A program made the translations under genes and the position numbers. Below the pieces are notes generated by a model. The model worked only from the letters and a program-made list of their open reading frames with translations, ran no database searches and had not been told where the DNA came from. 64,000 nt of DNA from a virus (Duplodnaviria > Caudoviricetes): positions 32,001 through 96,000 of IMG/VR virus record IMGVR_UViG_3300032334_001433; one strand, written 5' to 3'. Shown here piece after piece: positions 59,589 through 64,000 of the stretch. Positions within the stretch are counted from its first letter, which is position 1, and each line of letters opens with the position of its first letter.

Positions 59589-61448
59589 ATGGCACTCTCA
59601 CAATCAATTGTCTTAGATTTTACAATTTCTGGCGTTGCTGCCTATACAAAACTTACGCCATATATTTTTGGAGTAGATTATTCTGGTTTAGTAATTCCAG
59701 AATATACTATTGCTAGAGCAGTTTCTCGAAGCGACGTTACTTCTCAAAGAGCAGGATTGCCCGGTGATCCTTTGATTACTAATAGTGCCGGTTCAGTAAA
59801 TGGAAAAATTATTTTACCAAGATCTGTTGTTGCTGGATATAGTGAAGAAAATTTACCAATCAAATTTTATGCAACTGTAACTACTTCGCGCGGGCAAGGC
59901 GGTGCATCTCTTACAGAAACAAAAGAATATAGTAGAGTTAGCGCAACAATTAATGTAAAATATTCATCAGTAGAAGATACTCAAACAAATACTTCAGCGG
60001 CAACTACTAGAGATAATAAAACTATTTCGGATACAGTTGGTACTGCCGCAATTCCATCTATAGGAACACGAGGGACTATTGGAGGATCCGATTCTCTTAT
60101 TCCTTTAGCACAAACATTTTATGTAGATGCAACTAGATATCCTCAAGGTATTTTTGTAACTTCAGTAGATTTATTTTTTGCAGAAAAAGATCCTTCAGCT
60201 GCAATTTCTATAGAATTAAGAAATGTGGTAAATGGATTACCAGATTCAAGTCAATACATATCTGGTACAGTAGCGTCAATGGTTCCTGCAGATGTAAACA
60301 TACCAACTGATATTATTGGCGGGCCGATTGTTGCTACTAAATTTAATATGACGCATCCTATACATTTGAGTCCAGGAGAATATGCAATTTGTATCCATAG
60401 TACTTCTGAAAAATATAGTTTATACTATGCAAAATTGGGAGAATATGTTTTAGGTACAAATAAAATATTGGATAAAGAGGCGTATTCTGGAAGATTATTT
60501 AAATCGCAAAATACAAATCTTTGGTTAGAAGAAACTAATACCGATATATGTTTTAGAGTAAATAAAGCAGTTTTTGAAACTGGTACACGACAATTTGAAT
60601 TACAAACATTAGATTGCCCTAATGATTTTTATCATAATTTATATCTTGATAGTAGACAATATAATTTTGGAGATTTAACTTCTGTATTCTATGATTTTAA
60701 AGGTAGATATGATGAAGCTGGCAATTTTACTGGATATGGAAGAATTAAAGAACAAACTCCAGTAAGAACTTCTGTACCACTTATAGTTCACAATACTGGC
60801 GATATTAAATTTCAAGTATCTTTTGTAAATACATCAAAAGATATTAGTCCTATATTTGATATGCAAAATAGTTCTATGTATACCTTTAAAAATAACATAG
60901 ATCCATATGATGCAGATACTTCCAATAGTGAAACTTACTCAAATGATGGAGTTGCTAGATCAAAATATATAAGTAAGGTAGTTACTCTTCAACCAGGATT
61001 TGATTCTACAGGATTGGAAGTTAAAGTTGCTGTAAATAGACAAATTGGTACAGACATTGAAGTATTTTGCAGAGTATTAAGTGCATATGATAATGGATCT
61101 AATTCTAAAATTGAGAATAGAACATGGCGCAAAATGCCATTGTTTAATCAAACAGCAAATGTAGATTCTTCTTATAATATTACTTCTGCCAAATCATATG
61201 CAGGTGCAGATGAAAATTCTTATTCTTTAGAAACTTATAAGATATTAGAAGGTGATAGTGCAGCAACAACTGGAACTAATAATTTATCATATACTGCAGT
61301 TGTTTCAAATGGAACAGATAGAACAGATATTTCTCCAACAACATTTAATAATTTTAATAAATTCCAAATAAAAGTAGTTATGTATGCATCTAGTGTTGAT
61401 ACATATATTCCTAAAATAAAAGGTATAATTGCAACTGCGGTAATTTAA
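59589..61448 (+). CDS. Virion structural protein, VrlC-like C-terminal part
   Basis: PLAQTFYV...GIFVTSVDLFF.EKD, GRLFKSQN..W, KYISKVVTL, FQIKVVM. Confidence 0.8.
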   Translation: MALSQSIVLDFTISGVAAYTKLTPYIFGVDYSGLVIPEYTIARAVSRSDVTSQRAGLPGDPLITNSAGSVNGKIILPRSVVAGYSEENLPIKFYATVTTSRGQGGASLTETKEYSRVSATINVKYSSVEDTQTNTSAATTRDNKTISDTVGTAAIPSIGTRGTIGGSDSLIPLAQTFYVDATRYPQGIFVTSVDLFFAEKDPSAAISIELRNVVNGLPDSSQYISGTVASMVPADVNIPTDIIGGPIVATKFNMTHPIHLSPGEYAICIHSTSEKYSLYYAKLGEYVLGTNKILDKEAYSGRLFKSQNTNLWLEETNTDICFRVNKAVFETGTRQFELQTLDCPNDFYHNLYLDSRQYNFGDLTSVFYDFKGRYDEAGNFTGYGRIKEQTPVRTSVPLIVHNTGDIKFQVSFVNTSKDISPIFDMQNSSMYTFKNNIDPYDADTSNSETYSNDGVARSKYISKVVTLQPGFDSTGLEVKVAVNRQIGTDIEVFCRVLSAYDNGSNSKIENRTWRKMPLFNQTANVDSSYNITSAKSYAGADENSYSLETYKILEGDSAATTGTNNLSYTAVVSNGTDRTDISPTTFNNFNKFQIKVVMYASSVDTYIPKIKGIIATAVI

Positions 61449-61449
61449 A

Positions 61450-61668
61450 ATGTTTGTACAATTAGAAAACGAAAATAGATTTATTAAAAACCTAAAGAAT
61501 GGTGCGTTAATTAATAACGACATTCAAGGCATAAAAGAATACAAACAAAAAAAAGAAAATTCTGAAAAAATACAGGTAATTTCCGAAGAGATAAATAATA
61601 TGAAAAACGAAATGTCTGAGATAAAGAATCTTTTACAACAATTGGTAAATCAAAATTCTTTGAAATAA
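61450..61668 (+). CDS. Small coiled-coil virion protein
   Basis: GALINND...EINNMKNEMSEIKNLL. Confidence 0.7.
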   Translation: MFVQLENENRFIKNLKNGALINNDIQGIKEYKQKKENSEKIQVISEEINNMKNEMSEIKNLLQQLVNQNSLK

Positions 61669-61679
61669 GAGAGCAATAA

Positions 61680-64000
61680 ATGGCAACAACGTATACCGTA
61701 AGTAATGTAAATGTAGGTACCTATCCTAATGATGGACAGGGCGAATCTTTACGAAGTGCTTTTACACGGGTTAATAAAAATTTCTCAAATTTGTATCAAT
61801 TAGCATTGCTTGGAGGTAGCAATACCGTAGGCTCCGCAAATATTGCAGTACAAGATGAGGGAACTTATTTAACAAATTCGGTATCCATATTAAATTTTGT
61901 TGGATCGGGTGTTACCGCAAACGCAAATGGTAGCGTTATTACAATTACAATTAATGGCGGGAATGGCGGTGGCGGAGCAAATGTAATTTATTATAGTAAT
62001 GTATACAACAATACAACTATAGCTAGCAATGTAGATTTGGGTGCGTTAAATAGTGCTCTTGCAAATTTAAGCTATGTTAGTTTGGGTGCATTAAATAATG
62101 CCCTTGCAAATTTAAGCTATGTTAGTTTAGGATATTTAAATAATGCTCTTGCAAATTTACAACCAACAAATTTAAGTGGTTTGGGAAATGCACTTGCAAA
62201 TTTAACATATACTGATCTATCAAGATTAGGAAATGCTTTAGCAAATGTTCAACCAGTAAATTTAGATTCTTTAAATAATGCTTTAGCGCGAGTTAATGTC
62301 AATACACTTGGCAACTTTACAAACGTATTTAATACCATTGCAGCAAATGCAGCAAATGTTTCTAAAGTAGGCATTGTATCTGGATTGCCTGCATCCGGAG
62401 CAAATGGTCAATCAGTTTATAATTCTGCAGATGGCGGTTTATATATTTGGCAAGGTAACGCATGGGTAAAACCTGCGGCGGCATTTACACCAACTGCGGC
62501 TTCAATTGCAACAGTTGAAATATGGACCACTACTCCAAAACCAACAACAAACTTAATTAACGGTAGAACAATTCTTTATACTGCAGATAGTAATCTGTAC
62601 ATATATGTAGGCGGTGCTTGGAATAGTTATAATAGTTATATTCAAGGCTCCGGTACTCCTACAGTTGGAGCAAACACAATTAATGCTGCGGCACTTCAGG
62701 CCGGAATTATTACTGCAGATAAAATTGCATCTGGAGCAATTATAGCCGGCAAGATTGCAGCCGGTGCAATTAATGCCTCAGAAATTGCGGCAGGAACAAT
62801 TACTTCTGGAATGATTGCAACAAACTCAATCATAGCAGGCAAGATTGCAGCCGGAGTAATAACTGCTTCAGAAATTGCTACGGGAACAATTACAGCAACT
62901 CAAATTGCTGCAAATACTATTACCGCAGATCAGATTGCTGCACAGGCAGTAACGGCATCAGAAATCGCGGCAAATGCTGTGTATGCTGCTGCTATACAAG
63001 CGTATGCAATTACCGCAGATAAAATTGCAGCAAATGCAGTTACTGCAGTATCAGTTGCGGCAAATTCAATCTATGGTAACTCCATTATGGCGTATACCTT
63101 AACCGGCGATAGGATTCGAGCAAATACAATTACAGGTATGAGTATTGTAGGCAATACTATTTACGGCAATGCTATTATGGCATACACATTGACAGGTGAC
63201 AGAATTATGGCAAATTCTGTTTCAGGTATGGTATTGATAGGCAATACAATATTTGGTAATGCTATTGTTGGCAATTCTATTACCGGTGATCAAATTAGAG
63301 CAAATTCTGTTTCAGGTATGGTATTGATAGGCAATACAATATTTGGTAATGCTATTGTTGGCAATTCTATTACTGGCGATCAAATTAGAGCAAATTCTGT
63401 TTCCGGCATGGTAATTACTGCAAACACGTTATTTGCGAATGCAATTCTAACTAATAGTATCACAGCTGCGCAAATTAAAGCAAATACTATTACGGGCAAT
63501 GAAATTTTAGTTAATTCTATAACTGCTGATAAAATTGATACCAGAGGATTAACAATAAAGGCAGCTGACGGAACAGTATTATTTGGTTCAGGACAACTTT
63601 CAAGTTCAGTAACATTTTTTGATGGAACAAGTAATGTATCAGTTGTTTCTGCATTGTCTCAAAATCCCGTTGTATTCATTGGTACATATGCAACAGCACC
63701 AAGCAGCGGAATAAAAGAAAATAACGTATATAAAAATTCAACAGATGGCAATACTTATGTTTATAAAAGCGGAACATGGACGACATTTGTTACTGGCGGC
63801 ACAGGATCACAAGGACCGGCAGGCCCACAAGGACCAGCTGGCGCAGCAGGAGCAAGTGGTTCACCTGGAGAAAGAGGATATAAAGAATTCATATATGGAG
63901 TCGCCGGATTATCTTCTTGGAATGATACCTATGCAGAAACAGCAATAACAAATGTAGGATTGACAAAAGTAATACTTGATAGAGTTACTTTATATAATTC
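61680..64000 (+). CDS. Repeat-rich tail fibre/baseplate protein, 5' part (runs off window; not in ORF track)
   Basis: Open frame from ATG 61680; N-terminal VNVGTYPNDGQGESLRSAFTRVNKNF (gp9/gp10-type anchor); 15-aa and 10-aa repeats; Gly-X-Y stretch. Confidence 0.88.
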   Translation, partial: MATTYTVSNVNVGTYPNDGQGESLRSAFTRVNKNFSNLYQLALLGGSNTVGSANIAVQDEGTYLTNSVSILNFVGSGVTANANGSVITITINGGNGGGGANVIYYSNVYNNTTIASNVDLGALNSALANLSYVSLGALNNALANLSYVSLGYLNNALANLQPTNLSGLGNALANLTYTDLSRLGNALANVQPVNLDSLNNALARVNVNTLGNFTNVFNTIAANAANVSKVGIVSGLPASGANGQSVYNSADGGLYIWQGNAWVKPAAAFTPTAASIATVEIWTTTPKPTTNLINGRTILYTADSNLYIYVGGAWNSYNSYIQGSGTPTVGANTINAAALQAGIITADKIASGAIIAGKIAAGAINASEIAAGTITSGMIATNSIIAGKIAAGVITASEIATGTITATQIAANTITADQIAAQAVTASEIAANAVYAAAIQAYAITADKIAANAVTAVSVAANSIYGNSIMAYTLTGDRIRANTITGMSIVGNTIYGNAIMAYTLTGDRIMANSVSGMVLIGNTIFGNAIVGNSITGDQIRANSVSGMVLIGNTIFGNAIVGNSITGDQIRANSVSGMVITANTLFANAILTNSITAAQIKANTITGNEILVNSITADKIDTRGLTIKAADGTVLFGSGQLSSSVTFFDGTSNVSVVSALSQNPVVFIGTYATAPSSGIKENNVYKNSTDGNTYVYKSGTWTTFVTGGTGSQGPAGPQGPAGAAGASGSPGERGYKEFIYGVAGLSSWNDTYAETAITNVGLTKVILDRVTLYN
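62037..63545 (+). repeat. Coding tandem repeats (45-nt, 30-nt and 90-nt periods)
   Basis: LGALNNALANLSYVS x~6; ITADKIAAGA-type decamers; 63210-63299 vs 63300-63389 identical at 88/90. Confidence 0.9.

Noticed and set aside
63745-63948. 67-aa ORF in the track
   Set aside because: It is an out-of-frame overlap within the tail-fibre gene that starts at 61680.
1-64000. Stop-codon reassignment or alternative genetic code
   Set aside because: Core genes are full length under the standard code and TAA, TAG and TGA all terminate genes; gaps in the ORF track are explained by short ORFs, the 26/51 junction and the run-off fibre gene.
1-64000. Prophage in a bacterial chromosome
   Set aside because: No integrase, repressor or host housekeeping flanks; gene content is that of a lytic T4-like phage throughout.

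Overview
This window is a 64-kb slice of a large, AT-rich, T4-like lytic myovirus (Caudoviricetes). It is not a bacterial chromosome. A Gram-negative, probably betaproteobacterial, freshwater host is inferred from the tmRNA tag ANDELFALAA and a spanin pair. Layout: (1) 1-10.2 kb: primase 3' end and a nucleotide-metabolism block (thyX, MazG-like, nrdA/trx/nrdB, dCMP deaminase, cytidylyltransferase), with a spanin pair and two LamG-like genes. (2) 10.2-23.3 kb: a hyperplastic early region of many small ORFs driven by about 10 near-identical sigma70-type promoter cassettes. It includes a tandem DnaA-box non-coding island and ends at a strand-asymmetric palindromic island (23.26-23.57 kb). (3) 23.6-40.1 kb: RNase H, DsbA, ligase, DenV-like, PhoH, GH19 endolysin, exonuclease, a circularly permuted two-piece tmRNA, an OM beta-barrel, SleB, heme oxygenase plus bilin reductase, and gp33/gp59/gp32. 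(4) 40.2-64 kb: tail/baseplate module (gp26/gp51, tube-type, gp2, gp4, gp48, gp53, hub, gp5, gp25, gp6, gp7, gp8, split VrlC-like) and a repeat-rich tail-fibre gene that runs off the end and is absent from the ORF track. Most notable: a candidate -1 frameshift fusing gp26 to gp51, the permuted tmRNA, the promoter-cassette array with a shared inverted-repeat operator, the heme/bilin genes plus a stand-alone HemA dimerisation-domain-like ORF, and the tandem DnaA boxes. All product calls come from motif recognition by eye; no database searches were run.
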